A DNA stretch of 64,000 nucleotides from Candidatus Poribacteria bacterium (GTDB lineage Bacteria; Poribacteria; WGA-4E; PCPOR2b): positions 1,408,001-1,472,000 of the forward strand of contig OZ240245.1 of NCBI GenBank assembly GCA_965198175.1, written 5' to 3'. A model generated the notes under the pieces. The model made no database searches. It saw only the letters and a list, made by a program, of their open reading frames with translations, and was not told where the DNA came from. Below are positions 20,315-30,239 of this stretch, piece by piece. The position numbers and the translations under genes were made by a program. Numbering within the stretch: the stretch's first letter is position 1; each line of letters opens with the position of its first letter.

Positions 20315-21760
20315 ATGATTAACGCTCTCGAAAACACCCATCTACAGCGGCAGCAGATGGCTGCCGACCCCTACCGCCCCTTATATCACTTCCTACCTCC
20401 GGCAAACTGGATGAACGACCCGAACGGAGCAATCTTTTGGAAAGGTGAGTATCACCTCTTCTATCAATATAACCCCAACGGCGCGTTCCACGGCACAATT
20501 CACTGGGGGCACGCGGTCAGCGGGGATCTCGTGCATTGGACGGACTTGCCGATTGCATTGGCGCCAACGCCAGGCGGTCCGGACCGGGAGGGTTGCTATA
20601 GCGGCGGCGCAGTTGTTAATAACGGGGTGCCAACGCTTATTTACTTCGGCAACCCTGATGGGAATTGCATTGCTACAAGCAGCGACGACCTGCTCACATG
20701 GCAGAAGTCCGCCGACAATCCGGTTATCCCGCAGTCTGTGCCCGGCGAGGAATGGCGGGCGTTTGATCCGTGTGCATGGAGAGCAGGTGATACCTGGTAT
20801 TCGCTTGCAGGAGGGAAGCTCGACGATATCGGGGACACAGCGTTTCTGTTTCAGTCGCCGGACATGATCAATTGGCAATACATGCACCCATTTTATGAAA
20901 CTTTGGAGGAAAAGGAACCAGAATCGGATTGCGCCGTTCCCGATTTCTTCCCATTGGGGGACAAACACGTGCTCCTTTTTGCAAGCCACGAGCGCGGCGT
21001 CCAATATTATATCGGCGCTTACGCCAATCACAAGTTCTATCCTGAGCATCACGGCAGAATGAACTTCGGTGAATTCGGCGGGAACAGTGGTCACCTCTGC
21101 GCGAGCATCACCTTGGCGGACGGCAAAGGTCGCCGCATCTTCTTCGGCTGGATCTCGGAGGGGCGCAGCGAGGAGGTGCAGCGCGCTTCCGGTTGGGCAG
21201 GGGTGATGTGTACCCCGCGGGTGTTGTCTCTCTCTGATGACAATACGCTGCGCATCGAGCCCGTCCCGGAATTAGAAACGCTGCGCCGCAATCACCGTCG
21301 GCTCACAAGCCTGCACATCAGCGGTAATCGTTCTGTGCCGCTTGAAAGTATTTCGGGAGCATGCCTCGAACTCGCCGCTACGCTCGAACCGGGCGACGCC
21401 GAGGAATTCGGCATCAAGGTCCGCTGCTCGCCCGACGGCGACGAACAGACAGTCATCGCCTACAACCATAGGGATAAATGTCTGGTTCTGGATGCGGGAC
21501 AGTCGAGCTTAAGCCCCGATGTGGTGGGCCGCGGCGTACAGCGCGCGCCCCACGAGTTGGATGACGGCGAACTGCTGCAGTTGCGCATCTTCTTAGACCG
21601 TTCTATCGTTGAGGTCTTCGCGAACAGCCGGTTGTGTCTCACAAAACGAATCTATCCATCGCGCGAGAACAGCCTCGGCGTAGAATTTTTCGTTCGAGGC
21701 GGGGGCGCAATCCTAAAGTCGATAGATGCTTGGCAGATGGCGGCAATCTGGGAGCATTGA
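20315..21760 (+). CDS. Glycoside hydrolase family 32 (beta-fructosidase-like)
   Basis: WMNDPNG, YHLFYQYNP, HWGHA.S.DL.HW and DRSIVEVF. The RDP and EC motifs appear as FDP and DC. Confidence 0.88.
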   Translation: MINALENTHLQRQQMAADPYRPLYHFLPPANWMNDPNGAIFWKGEYHLFYQYNPNGAFHGTIHWGHAVSGDLVHWTDLPIALAPTPGGPDREGCYSGGAVVNNGVPTLIYFGNPDGNCIATSSDDLLTWQKSADNPVIPQSVPGEEWRAFDPCAWRAGDTWYSLAGGKLDDIGDTAFLFQSPDMINWQYMHPFYETLEEKEPESDCAVPDFFPLGDKHVLLFASHERGVQYYIGAYANHKFYPEHHGRMNFGEFGGNSGHLCASITLADGKGRRIFFGWISEGRSEEVQRASGWAGVMCTPRVLSLSDDNTLRIEPVPELETLRRNHRRLTSLHISGNRSVPLESISGACLELAATLEPGDAEEFGIKVRCSPDGDEQTVIAYNHRDKCLVLDAGQSSLSPDVVGRGVQRAPHELDDGELLQLRIFLDRSIVEVFANSRLCLTKRIYPSRENSLGVEFFVRGGGAILKSIDAWQMAAIWEH

Positions 21761-21808
21761 GCCCGTTAGTTTACTGAATTGACCCAATTTTGGAGAGAGA
21801 GGTAAATG

Positions 21809-22098
21809 ATGACAAAGACAGCAGTAATTGCCGGTGTCGGCGATCAACCGAACGAATAGTGAGGGCGATAGTCTTATCGGAACACCGAATAACTTCCTAT
21901 GAATAATCAGTATTGCAAAAGGAGGGAGGAGATTAGAATGACAAAGACAGCAGTAATTGCCGGTGTCGGCGATCAACCGAACGAATAGTGAGGGCGATAG
22001 TCTTATCGGAACACCGAATAACTTCCTATGAATAACCAGTATTGCAAAAGGAGGGAGGAGATTACCATGACAAAGACAGCAGTAATTGCCGGTGTCGG
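21809..22098 (+). repeat. 129-bp tandem duplication containing three copies of the SDR gene start
   Basis: ATGACAAAGACAGCAGTAATTGCCGGTGTCGG occurs at 21809, 21938 and 22067. Confidence 0.95.
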
Positions 22099-22783
22099 TG
22101 CCGGATTAGGCGCGTCGCTGGCTAAGAAATTCGCGCAGGAAGGTTGCCGAGTGGCGCTGATCGCGCGTTCGCGCAATTACATTGATACACTGGCTGCGGA
22201 ACTTCGGGAAGCAGGGACTATGAGTCTCGCGCTGCCCACGGACATTACGGACCCGCGCCAAATTGCGGGCAGCTTTTCGGCGGTGCGTGAGGCGTTGGGA
22301 CCGATAGATATCTTGGTCAACCACGCCGGAACTGCGGCGTGGGGCGATTTTTCTGAGTTGACACCCGAGGCGTTTGAGCATTCTTGGCGCGTCTGCGCGT
22401 TAGGGGCGTTTCTGTGCTCCCAGGAAGCGGTTCCCGATATGATAGATCGGGGCGGCGGCACCATCCTCTTTACCGGCGCTACATCGGCGATCCGCGGTCG
22501 AGCGGGGGCAATCGCTTTTAGCAGCGCGAAGTTTGCCGTGCGCGGTCTGGCGTGGGCGCTCGCACGCGAGGTCGGTCCCAAAGGGATTCATGTCGCGCAT
22601 ATCATCGTTGACGGTATCATTGACACGCCGGATGTGCGTGCCCGATACGAACTGGACGACGATGAGTCGACCCTAGATCCGGACGACATAGCCGAGACGT
22701 ATTGGAGTCTTGTGCAGCAGCCGCGCAGTTCGTGGACCTTCGAGTTGGATGTTCGTCCGCATAACGAGGAGTTCTTTACGTAG
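22067..22783 (+). CDS. Short-chain dehydrogenase/reductase
   Basis: AVIAG.G.GLG, NHAG, FTGATSA.RG, F...KF and HVAHIIVDG. GGAGG RBS. Confidence 0.92.
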   Translation: MTKTAVIAGVGAGLGASLAKKFAQEGCRVALIARSRNYIDTLAAELREAGTMSLALPTDITDPRQIAGSFSAVREALGPIDILVNHAGTAAWGDFSELTPEAFEHSWRVCALGAFLCSQEAVPDMIDRGGGTILFTGATSAIRGRAGAIAFSSAKFAVRGLAWALAREVGPKGIHVAHIIVDGIIDTPDVRARYELDDDESTLDPDDIAETYWSLVQQPRSSWTFELDVRPHNEEFFT

Positions 22784-22802
22784 TTTTCGTAGGTGTGTTC
22801 GG

Positions 22803-23315
22803 TCAGAACCGCCCTAACGGAAATGTGCCGGGCATTACATCTAAGCCTTGGTAGCGATTCCGTTTAATCATCGACGGGAGTCTCAGGTTTGGCAATTTGA
22901 TCTCGGCGAGCCGACGGTTCTGTTCGGGCGTGAGCGCCGCTTTAATTTCATTGAGGAGCCCCCCAATCTCCTTGAGATAGGCGTTGCGTTGTGTAATGAA
23001 CTCCCTAATCTTTGTTCTCAGCGTGTTTCGTGCGCGCGCCGACTGCCGATACCTTCTCCGATCACCTTCGTACGGGCTTAGTTGGTCCATCCGTGCTTCA
23101 CTGCGATAGCCGTGATAGTGCGACTCTAGCACATCCTTGTCAAATTCGTAGTCCTCGACGATGTCCCGAATGATGGAGATTTTGGAGGTAATCGGCTCCT
23201 GCTGTTCCGGAGAGAGGTTCAACGCGGCTGTGGATTTCGGGATGTCGAGTAACTTTACCCCGCCGCAGGCGGAGGTTAATGCGACGTAGAAGAGGATGAT
23301 GATGATCCGTATCAT
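22803..23315 (-). CDS. Hypothetical helical lipoprotein
   Basis: Start at MIRIIII after AAGGA, lipobox TSAC, and Spy/CpxP-like LSPEQQ and LTPEQ motifs. Confidence 0.65.
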   Translation of the reverse strand: MIRIIIILFYVALTSACGGVKLLDIPKSTAALNLSPEQQEPITSKISIIRDIVEDYEFDKDVLESHYHGYRSEARMDQLSPYEGDRRRYRQSARARNTLRTKIREFITQRNAYLKEIGGLLNEIKAALTPEQNRRLAEIKLPNLRLPSMIKRNRYQGLDVMPGTFPLGRF

Positions 23316-23574
23316 ACTTCTTTCCTTAGTTGTTGAAAGAGACCTACGCAAAACGTCGCTTGATCGCCGCTGTTGTGATGGTGTTCGGCATTTTTTTGAT
23401 TGCCAATTTTTAATTATTCCTTGCGGTTCGATTAGGTGAATTGGTTTAATAACCTTATTTGCCGTGGACCCGCCTGCGCCGTTGTTGCAGGCTACACTTA
23501 CGGATAAACCCGCACAATCTGAATGATGTTTCAATAAAAATTCCGGTAATTCTACGAAAGATACGGTTCATTCA

Positions 23575-23629
23575 AGAAATCCATAATCCGCGAAATCTGT
23601 GTAATCCATATAATCCGTGATTCAGACAA
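23575..23629. repeat. Short AATCC-rich intergenic repeat
   Basis: AATCC/AATCT recurs five times, ending in GTGATTCAGACAA. Confidence 0.45.
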
Positions 23630-23727
23630 TTTCCCAGAAACCCGCATTCTGCGTAAGCCTATAGCGGCTTGCGGGACAATGCGAAGCAAACGGACACAGC
23701 AGCCCAAGCTTACATAATTAAAGAACC

Positions 23728-24702
23728 TCAACCGAAGGAGACACCTAATTTGACGCTCCGTTCAGGATGATTGTCCATCTCTATATAGGCTTCGACTGAA
23801 TCTTCAAACGGCACCACCGGATCAACGACGCCTTCACAATCAAATCTACCTTCAACAAGCCACTTCCAGCAGGTATCAACGATACGTCCGAAATCCCAGC
23901 GCGGATGATCGCGGTTCGGATCGCTGTTGGCACGCGCAAAGATGATGTTCGGGATGTTGACATGCGCGACAGCACCGAAGTCAAGCCCGCCCGTACACGC
24001 TTTTGCGCGTCCAGCGTAGACGATTGTTCCTTCAAAAGTGACACTGCGAATTGCATCATCAAGGGCTTCGTACACTGCACTTGTTTCTACAGCCACATCA
24101 ACGCCAAGCCCGCCAGTCGCTTCTTTGAGCACCTCGCCGGTATTAGAGGCAGTGGGATCGATAACAAGCTCCGCTCCCGTCTTTTCAGCGACCTTCCGCC
24201 GTCTTTCGAGTGGGTCTACGGCAGCGACGAAGTCAGCCCCTGCGATCCGTGCCATTTGCACCGTCATCAACCCAATGGCACCAAGCCCAAAGACAGCCAC
24301 CCGCTCACCAACGCGTACCTTTCCATCGCGAATTGCGGACATTGCAAAGTGGGCTGGATCATAGCAGACCGCTTCCTTCCACGTCATACTCTCAGGCATC
24401 CTGAGGACACCAGCCGCACGCCATGTATGCGTCTCCCTGAGGTGCCCGTGACTGGCGACGCGTTCCCCAATCCCGAAACCCTCAACCTCTTCCCCGATTT
24501 CAACAACTTTTCCGACGCACATATTTCCAAGTCCCATCGGAAAAGTTTCGCTGTCATATCCGTAATACGCTGTCAGTTCTGTACCACGCTTGGGCGCGCC
24601 GAATTCGACTTGAACCCGGACACTATCCGCGGGGACGGAACCATCTTCGTACTCTCTCAAGACGGGCTGCCGAGGGGCAACCGCGACCAATTCCCTTGGC
24701 AT
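23728..24702 (-). CDS. Zinc-binding (MDR) alcohol dehydrogenase family protein
   Basis: GTE and G.V.E.G..V GroES-like domain, VAVFGLGAIG, and G.DVAVE. Confidence 0.85.
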   Translation of the reverse strand: MPRELVAVAPRQPVLREYEDGSVPADSVRVQVEFGAPKRGTELTAYYGYDSETFPMGLGNMCVGKVVEIGEEVEGFGIGERVASHGHLRETHTWRAAGVLRMPESMTWKEAVCYDPAHFAMSAIRDGKVRVGERVAVFGLGAIGLMTVQMARIAGADFVAAVDPLERRRKVAEKTGAELVIDPTASNTGEVLKEATGGLGVDVAVETSAVYEALDDAIRSVTFEGTIVYAGRAKACTGGLDFGAVAHVNIPNIIFARANSDPNRDHPRWDFGRIVDTCWKWLVEGRFDCEGVVDPVVPFEDSVEAYIEMDNHPERSVKLGVSFG

Positions 24703-24745
24703 CTTTTTCTCCTTAAAGTAGTAGGTATACTACAAAAGCTATGAA

Positions 24746-24794
24746 GAACTATCGCAGTCGCTATCCGCTCCCTTGATCGCTCAACCCAACCTAC
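24746..24794 (+). repeat. 34-bp junction element fused to a half REP
   Basis: GAACTATCGCAGTCGCTATCCGCTCCCTTGATC followed by GCTCAACCCAACCTAC. Confidence 0.8.
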
Positions 24795-24795
24795 A

Positions 24796-25608
24796 TCAAT
24801 TTGATGCACCTGCCTTCAGGTTACCCCACGTGGTGCTGAGCTTTCCGTGCGGTTGAACGGCGAGAAATCCTCTCAAACCGCCGTCGAAGTGGGCTTCGAC
24901 CTCATCTTTGCTCAAGGCGCGTTTAATGATGAGGACTTCGTCGAGCATACCGTTGAAAAAGAACGGACCTTCCGACCAACCGATGTTTAGCGCGTGGTCA
25001 ATCTCTTCAGGGATGTTTACCTTGTCATCAACATCTCCAAACGGTTTCCCGTCCAGATAATAGGTGTATTTTCTGCCTTCCTTAACAAGAAGCATCTGAT
25101 ACCACTGCTTTAACTTCGGATCCCACGCGTCGGAATCGACCCAAGCGACGCCTGCGCCGCCGACGCTATTGATGTGGAAGTCGACGCCGTTTCCGGAATA
25201 CCACCAAATCCACTTGTTTGTGGAACCGCCGCCCTCATCGTGTCCGAGGAGGGTGAAGCCTGCAGAACCTCGGTTGCCCTTCGGCGGATCTTCCTCGAAG
25301 TACAGCCATAGTCCGATGGTGAAGTCGGTTTTGTGCAGGCTGAGGCTGTCGTCGTTCTCAACCTCGACCTGGTTCGTTCCGTCGAGCCTAATCGCTTGCC
25401 CGAACTTTCCCTTTTCACGTTTCGCCTTCTGTTGCAGTATGCCGTCGTTGCCGTGCGGGGACACGTCCTTGGCGACGTCTCCCCCCTTTTCTTCGTCAAA
25501 CGAGATGGCGAGGACGACATCCTTGTCCACTTCGAGTGCCGCCGTATCGCCAAGCGCGAACGCGAGCGCCAAAGCGAGGATTAATGCAATGGAAATCGAG
25601 TATCTCAT
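24796..25608 (-). CDS. Secreted LamG domain protein
   Basis: Signal peptide, SFDE, GKFGQA, FTIGLW and FNGMLDEV. Ends in LAVQPHGKLSTTWGNLK. Confidence 0.9.
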   Translation of the reverse strand: MRYSISIALILALALAFALGDTAALEVDKDVVLAISFDEEKGGDVAKDVSPHGNDGILQQKAKREKGKFGQAIRLDGTNQVEVENDDSLSLHKTDFTIGLWLYFEEDPPKGNRGSAGFTLLGHDEGGGSTNKWIWWYSGNGVDFHINSVGGAGVAWVDSDAWDPKLKQWYQMLLVKEGRKYTYYLDGKPFGDVDDKVNIPEEIDHALNIGWSEGPFFFNGMLDEVLIIKRALSKDEVEAHFDGGLRGFLAVQPHGKLSTTWGNLKAGASN

Positions 25609-25820
25609 TTTTGTTCTCCTTATTGGGTTTTAAGTTTAAGCCACATTATTATATACGATCCACTGAGCGGATAGATCGAGCGAACGAATAGTGAGTGCGA
25701 TAGTTTTCCCTGCGCCACAGTCTTCTCCGAAACCCAACGTTATTGAAACGTCCGGACAGCCAGATACGATATACAATCCACAATCCACATTCCGCATTAT
25801 ACCTTGATATATATTATACC

Positions 25821-26810
25821 TTATATATATCGTATCGGGATACCTATTTTTCCGACGCAGGCGCCGGTGGCGACCATTGGGTATCCGGGGTGTGACCAAA
25901 AAATACCGCTCTCTGGGGCGCGGACGGTCTCCTGTGGGTGACCGAAAGCGTCGCAAATCTCGGCGATGGGTTGATAGACCTCGACGCTGTCGTATAGGTT
26001 CGCTTTATAGTGGATGAACCCGCCGCGATTGCTCAAGAGCGTGACGAACCGATCGATGACCACCTGCTGGTCAGGAATCTCCGGCTCGCCGTCAACGAAC
26101 CCGTAATATTTGAGCACATTGAGCACACCTCGCACGCCTTTTTCGATGCTGATCGGGTTCCAACCGTGGCATCCGCCGAGCTCCGGATCGATCGTCGGGA
26201 CGCCCACCTCCGGCGCGGCTTGCGCCAGTTGTCCCTTCGGACCCTTCTGATCGAAGATGTAGCCTATCCCGAACACGCGGGCTAACGCCAAGCACGCCTC
26301 GTGCTGCGGGTGCTTCCCCGATACGCGCACTCTGACCTCATCGATCATCGGATCAATCCCGCATTGATGCAAATCGATGCAGTAGTCCGCCTGCTGGACG
26401 AGGTCGTTAAAGAGTCGGTAGGCGATGCGTTCGCTCGATGTGCCTTCGGGCTTTCCCGGGAAGCATCGGTTCATCTTCATCTGATCGACGGGGCTATGGG
26501 CTTGTTTGGCGTGAAAAGCGTGGAAGTTGACGATTGGGACAGCGATGATTCGACCGTGTAGGGACGCCGGGGAAACCTGGCGCAGCACCTCGTGGACGAC
26601 GGCGATGCCGTTCAGTTCGTCGCCGTCGCTGATGGATTGGAGGTAAAGCGTCTGTTTGCCGCAGGTTCCGTTGATGAGCACGACAGGCAATCGGACGGGG
26701 GTGCCGTCGGGCATCGATCCGACGGTAAGGTAATCTTCAACCCGTTCGCCCGGTTTTGCGACGAGTGATCCAACGGTGAGGCGGTTGTTGTTTATCCACA
26801 TTTTGTGCAC
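25821..26810 (-). CDS. Succinylglutamate desuccinylase/aspartoacylase (M14) family protein
   Basis: DGDELNG, MNRCFPG..GTSSERIA, IDLH and PELGG. Confidence 0.88.
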   Translation of the reverse strand: MHKMWINNNRLTVGSLVAKPGERVEDYLTVGSMPDGTPVRLPVVLINGTCGKQTLYLQSISDGDELNGIAVVHEVLRQVSPASLHGRIIAVPIVNFHAFHAKQAHSPVDQMKMNRCFPGKPEGTSSERIAYRLFNDLVQQADYCIDLHQCGIDPMIDEVRVRVSGKHPQHEACLALARVFGIGYIFDQKGPKGQLAQAAPEVGVPTIDPELGGCHGWNPISIEKGVRGVLNVLKYYGFVDGEPEIPDQQVVIDRFVTLLSNRGGFIHYKANLYDSVEVYQPIAEICDAFGHPQETVRAPESGIFWSHPGYPMVATGACVGKIGIPIRYI

Positions 26811-26841
26811 ATAGGTTGTGTATCACGATTTGGTTGTTTTT

Positions 26842-26875
26842 GTAGGTTGGGTTTCGCCGTTGGTTCAACCCAACC
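26842..26875 (+). repeat. Compact GTAG REP
   Basis: GTAGGTTGGGTTTCGCCGTTGGTTCAACCCAACC. It overlaps the stop codon of the methyltransferase. Confidence 0.8.
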
Positions 26876-27542
26876 GGCAACCCACCACGACCGCCATCGG
26901 TCCCTGCTGCCAGACGCACTCGGCGTCGAACCCGGCGGCGCGGGCGGCTTCGAGTTCCTCCTCAAGCGGGAAGTAGGTGTCTTCCTCACCCCATTGCGCG
27001 AAATACTCGCGTGCACGCGGCTCATCGATTCCATGCGCGACCATATGGTCAATCCAACTTCGCCACGTTGCCTCGCGTTCAGGGGGCGCCGCTGGCATCG
27101 CCGCGTCGGCATTGACGAAGACGCCGCCTGATCGGAGTGCGTCGTGGATCCGCCGATAGAGCGCACGCTTCGCGTCCATAGTCCGCACATGATGGAGCGC
27201 TAACGATGCCACGACAGCGTCGCACGGCGGCAGCGGCGTGTTGAACGACGACTCGGTGAATCGCACCCGTCCGCCAAACCGATCGAGCCGCGTCCGTGCT
27301 TGTGCCAGCATCTCGCGGTCAACGTCGATGAGCTCCACAGTGACGGTGTCGCACGCGGAAAGTATCGCCTCAGACAGCGCGCCGGTTCCCCCGCCGAGGT
27401 CGAGGGTTAAGCCCGGCGGCGTGCGGGTTATTTCGCGTGCAGCGGCGGCGAGCATCGTCTCGTAGCCCGGAATGAAGCGGCGAATCGTGTCGTCGTAGGT
27501 GCGGATTTCAATGCCGAGATGTCGGTGTACGGAATGGTTCAT
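26865..27542 (-). CDS. Class I SAM-dependent methyltransferase
   Basis: YD..IRRFIP.Y, LDLGGGTG, D.VVASLALHH and L.SGG.FVNAD. Confidence 0.9.
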   Translation of the reverse strand: MNHSVHRHLGIEIRTYDDTIRRFIPGYETMLAAAAREITRTPPGLTLDLGGGTGALSEAILSACDTVTVELIDVDREMLAQARTRLDRFGGRVRFTESSFNTPLPPCDAVVASLALHHVRTMDAKRALYRRIHDALRSGGVFVNADAAMPAAPPEREATWRSWIDHMVAHGIDEPRAREYFAQWGEEDTYFPLEEELEAARAAGFDAECVWQQGPMAVVVGCRLG

Positions 27543-27681
27543 GGGTTTGGGGGGTTGGGTTTCGCCGCGAGCAGGAGTTTTATCACGGTAAAATAATCGG
27601 AACAGCCAAAACTCCCACACCCCGTGTTAAGAAGTGTGATTGGGCGGTGTGAATGGAATGATATTTTTCGGCAGCGAGAGT

Positions 27682-27879
27682 CTAGCCTAATCGCCTTCCC
27701 CTTGCTTTGTCGAGGGTCTCAAGTGCGATTCGCGTAGCATCGTTGTTGCCGTCTTTAAGATATTCTTCCAAAGCGGCTTCGAGATAAAGAAGTGCTTCTT
27801 CAGGATCCGAAGATAGTTTATCAATTAGGTAATCGCTATAATCTCTCGCTTGACTTTTCACAGTGCCATCATCCCCCAT
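27682..27879 (-). pseudogene. Truncated addiction-module antidote (HI1420-like N-terminus, HTH missing)
   Basis: DYLIDKL..DPEEA..YLEAALEE...D.....AL..L.KARG, then a stop before the expected HTH. Confidence 0.6.
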
Positions 27880-27965
27880 TGTTTTGAATCCAGCGAATTT
27901 AGCGATTTTATAAATGGTTCTTGTCCGTCGGGAGTACGATAAATGTGTATGCGTTTGCGTATCAT
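27858..27965 (-). pseudogene. Truncated RelE/HigB-like addiction-module toxin N-terminus
   Basis: MIRKRIHIYRTPDGQEPFIKSLNSLD... (35 aa, below the ORF-track cutoff), directly upstream of the antidote fragment. Confidence 0.55.
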
Positions 27966-27966
27966 G

Positions 27967-28038
27967 AGCACAATACGATTAGCATGATATGCGGTATATT
28001 ATGCCATATTATAAGGACACATATCAACGAAAAACCAA
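27967..28038 (-). promoter_or_regulatory. Duplicated ~72-bp promoter module, copy 1
   Basis: Near-identical to 31178-31248. Minus strand TTGATA-18 nt-CATAAT with extended TG. Confidence 0.7.
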
Positions 28039-28097
28039 AAGCCAAAATCGTGGGGCGTGCGGGGTCTGTTTTCGTAGGTTGGGTTCTCTAATTTAAG

Positions 28098-28127
28098 TTG
28101 ACATTGTAACAAATCCAATGGTATAAT
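28098..28127 (+). promoter_or_regulatory. Near-consensus sigma70 promoter
   Basis: TTGACA-18 nt-TATAAT with extended TG. Confidence 0.75.
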
Positions 28128-28179
28128 CGCAACCGTAAGGCGAGCGGCAGTAGGATTTTTCGGATCGGAGGATTGACAA

Positions 28180-28542
28180 ATGGAGATGGTAGGTAATTAC
28201 ATACCCGTGGTTCTGATAGTTTTGGCCATATTCGCTGCCAATTGGCGAACGACAACGCAATATGGCGATCTAGCTATGAAGTATGGACATATTATGGCGA
28301 ATATGGCGACTAAAGAAGATATTCAGGATATGAAAAATGAAGTCAAGGACATGAAAAATGACGTCAAGGCTTTGGACGACCGAATAAATCGTTTTGAAAC
28401 CCATGTGAATCAACAGTTTGCCGAAATTAGAGGCGAAATCAACAACCTAAAACGGGATGTTAATGCGCTTCAACAGTCCTATATAAACCACTTGATCACG
28501 GAACACAACGTTAGACCCATGCAACCTAGCGAACAAGCCTGA
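28180..28542 (+). CDS. Small TM-anchored coiled-coil protein (ATKED motif)
   Basis: GGAGG RBS, N-terminal hydrophobic helix and MATKEDIQDMKNEVKDMKNDVK heptads. Confidence 0.8.
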   Translation: MEMVGNYIPVVLIVLAIFAANWRTTTQYGDLAMKYGHIMANMATKEDIQDMKNEVKDMKNDVKALDDRINRFETHVNQQFAEIRGEINNLKRDVNALQQSYINHLITEHNVRPMQPSEQA

Positions 28543-28569
28543 ACGCGAACTAACCTCCAATGAACATTC

Positions 28570-28599
28570 AGCCGTTGGTGTACGCCAACGGCTTTTTTT
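28570..28599 (+). terminator. Rho-independent terminator
   Basis: AGCCGTTGG/CCAACGGCT stem followed by a T-run. Confidence 0.85.
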
Positions 28600-28687
28600 A
28601 TTTGTAGGTTCGGTTGAGCCGGTACAAGTAAATTTGGTTTACCGTAGGTTGGGTTGATCTCTACCCAACCTACAAAAGCTACATTAT

Positions 28688-29230
28688 TCATTCTTTGCCG
28701 ATTTTGGGGTTGATAGCGATCTTTGTTCCTGCACCCCAGGTCTCATCGTATACGCCGGCTTGGACGTAGCGGTGGAAACTGGAGTGTTCCCAATCCTTTG
28801 GGGCATCAGCCAAGCCGTGTTTGACGGGGTTGTAGTGAATATATTCAATATGTCTGTTGTAATCTCGAATGTCTTTGATTGTGTGTTCCCAGAATCTGCG
28901 TTGCCAGAATGCGCGCTCCTGTTTGGTTTTGCGTGATGTCGGAGCGGCACGTTCAAATGTGGTTTGGCAACGACGGCTGAAGTAGGTTTTGATTAACCGC
29001 CATCGGATTGAGAAGTCGTGGTCGTCGTCAGGCAGCGTCCAGATGGTGTGGAGGTGGTCGGGTAGCAGCACAAAGGCATCGACCTCCATTGGACGGCGTT
29101 GCATCGCGTAGCGGAGCGCTTGGCGTAGTAGTTGTACGTTGTCGGGGTGGCAGAGAAAGGGCCTACGATTGTGGGTAACGACGGTGAAGAAGTATGTTGC
29201 ACCATTGATTTTTGCACGGCGGTAGTTCAT
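28688..29230 (-). CDS. rayT: REP-associated tyrosine transposase (RAYT/TnpA-REP, Y1 HUH family)
   Basis: YRR...GATYFFTVVT, VLLPDHLH (HUH), WQRRFWEH.I and YIHYNPVKHG. Flanked by GTAG REPs at 28604, 28644, 29256 and 29297. Confidence 0.95.
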   Translation of the reverse strand: MNYRRAKINGATYFFTVVTHNRRPFLCHPDNVQLLRQALRYAMQRRPMEVDAFVLLPDHLHTIWTLPDDDHDFSIRWRLIKTYFSRRCQTTFERAAPTSRKTKQERAFWQRRFWEHTIKDIRDYNRHIEYIHYNPVKHGLADAPKDWEHSSFHRYVQAGVYDETWGAGTKIAINPKIGKE

Positions 29231-29296
29231 GGGGTAACCATTATAGAAGTAAATGTAGGTTGTATTTCGCGGCGGCGAAGAATAATTCGATTTAGC

Positions 29297-30225
29297 GTAG
29301 GTTGGGTTGAGCGGTGATTATGAAATACGCGAAGTCATTTGTAAGCGATTCGTTATGTTTAGATTGATTGATATAAGGAAATGATGAAGCGTAACCCAAC
29401 GTTTTTTGTTAATTGGGATGTGTGTCGTTGGACGGTTGCGGTTTCAGGATTATGAAAAGCGTTGGGTTACGGAGAAGACTATCGCCCTCGCTATTCACTC
29501 AGTTGATCGCTCAACCCAACCTACAAAGGCTACAAAGGCAAGGTCATCGTTCAATTCTTGTAGGTTGGGTTGAGCGGTGATTATGAAATACGCGAAGTCA
29601 TTTGTAAGCGATTCGTTATGTTTAGATTGTTTAATATAAGGAAATGATGAAGCGTAACCCAACGTTTTTTGTTAATTGGGATGTGTGTCGTTGGACGGTT
29701 GCGGTTTCAGGATATGAAAAGAGTTGGGTTACGGAGAAGACTATCGCCCTCGCTATTCACTCAGTTGATCGCTCAACCCAACCTACAAAGGCTACAAAGG
29801 CAAGGTCATCGTTCAATTCTTGTAGGTTGGGTTGAGCGATCAACTGAGTGAATAGCGAAGGCGATAGTCTTACCCGAAACCCAACGTTTTTGAAACGTTC
29901 CGGCAACAGACCGGCGAATGGCAACACCAGAACGATCGGCACAAGAAAAGCCTAGGGCGCCGTTCGGGATTTGGAGCGCGGGGAAGACTATCGCCTTCGC
30001 TATTCGCTCAGTTGATCGTTGGGTTACGCTCCGTCCAGCGTATCTTGCGCGCGGTTAGCCGACAAAGCGAATCGTAATATTGGGCGTGTTTTGGAGAATC
30101 CGCTCAACCCAACCTACAAGAACTACCTCAGTTGATCTCTACCCAACCTACAAAAACTATCGCACTCACTATTCGTTCGCTTGATCCCTCGTTATTCACT
30201 CGGTTGATCGCTTAACCCAACCTAC
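29297..30225. repeat. REP/BIME-like array 1 (two ~262-bp tandem units plus variants)
   Basis: GTAGGTTGGGTTGAGCG at 29297, 29560 and 29822, with inverted CGCTCAACCCAACCTAC copies between and after. Confidence 0.92.
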
Positions 30226-30239
30226 AGGAGCTATCGCTT

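Noticed and set aside
21842..21875. 34-bp element as T7 promoter or adapter contamination (shares ATAGTGAG)
   Set aside because: The match is only about 8 nt, and the copies differ from one another at several positions, unlike a synthetic oligo. Not fully excluded without reads.
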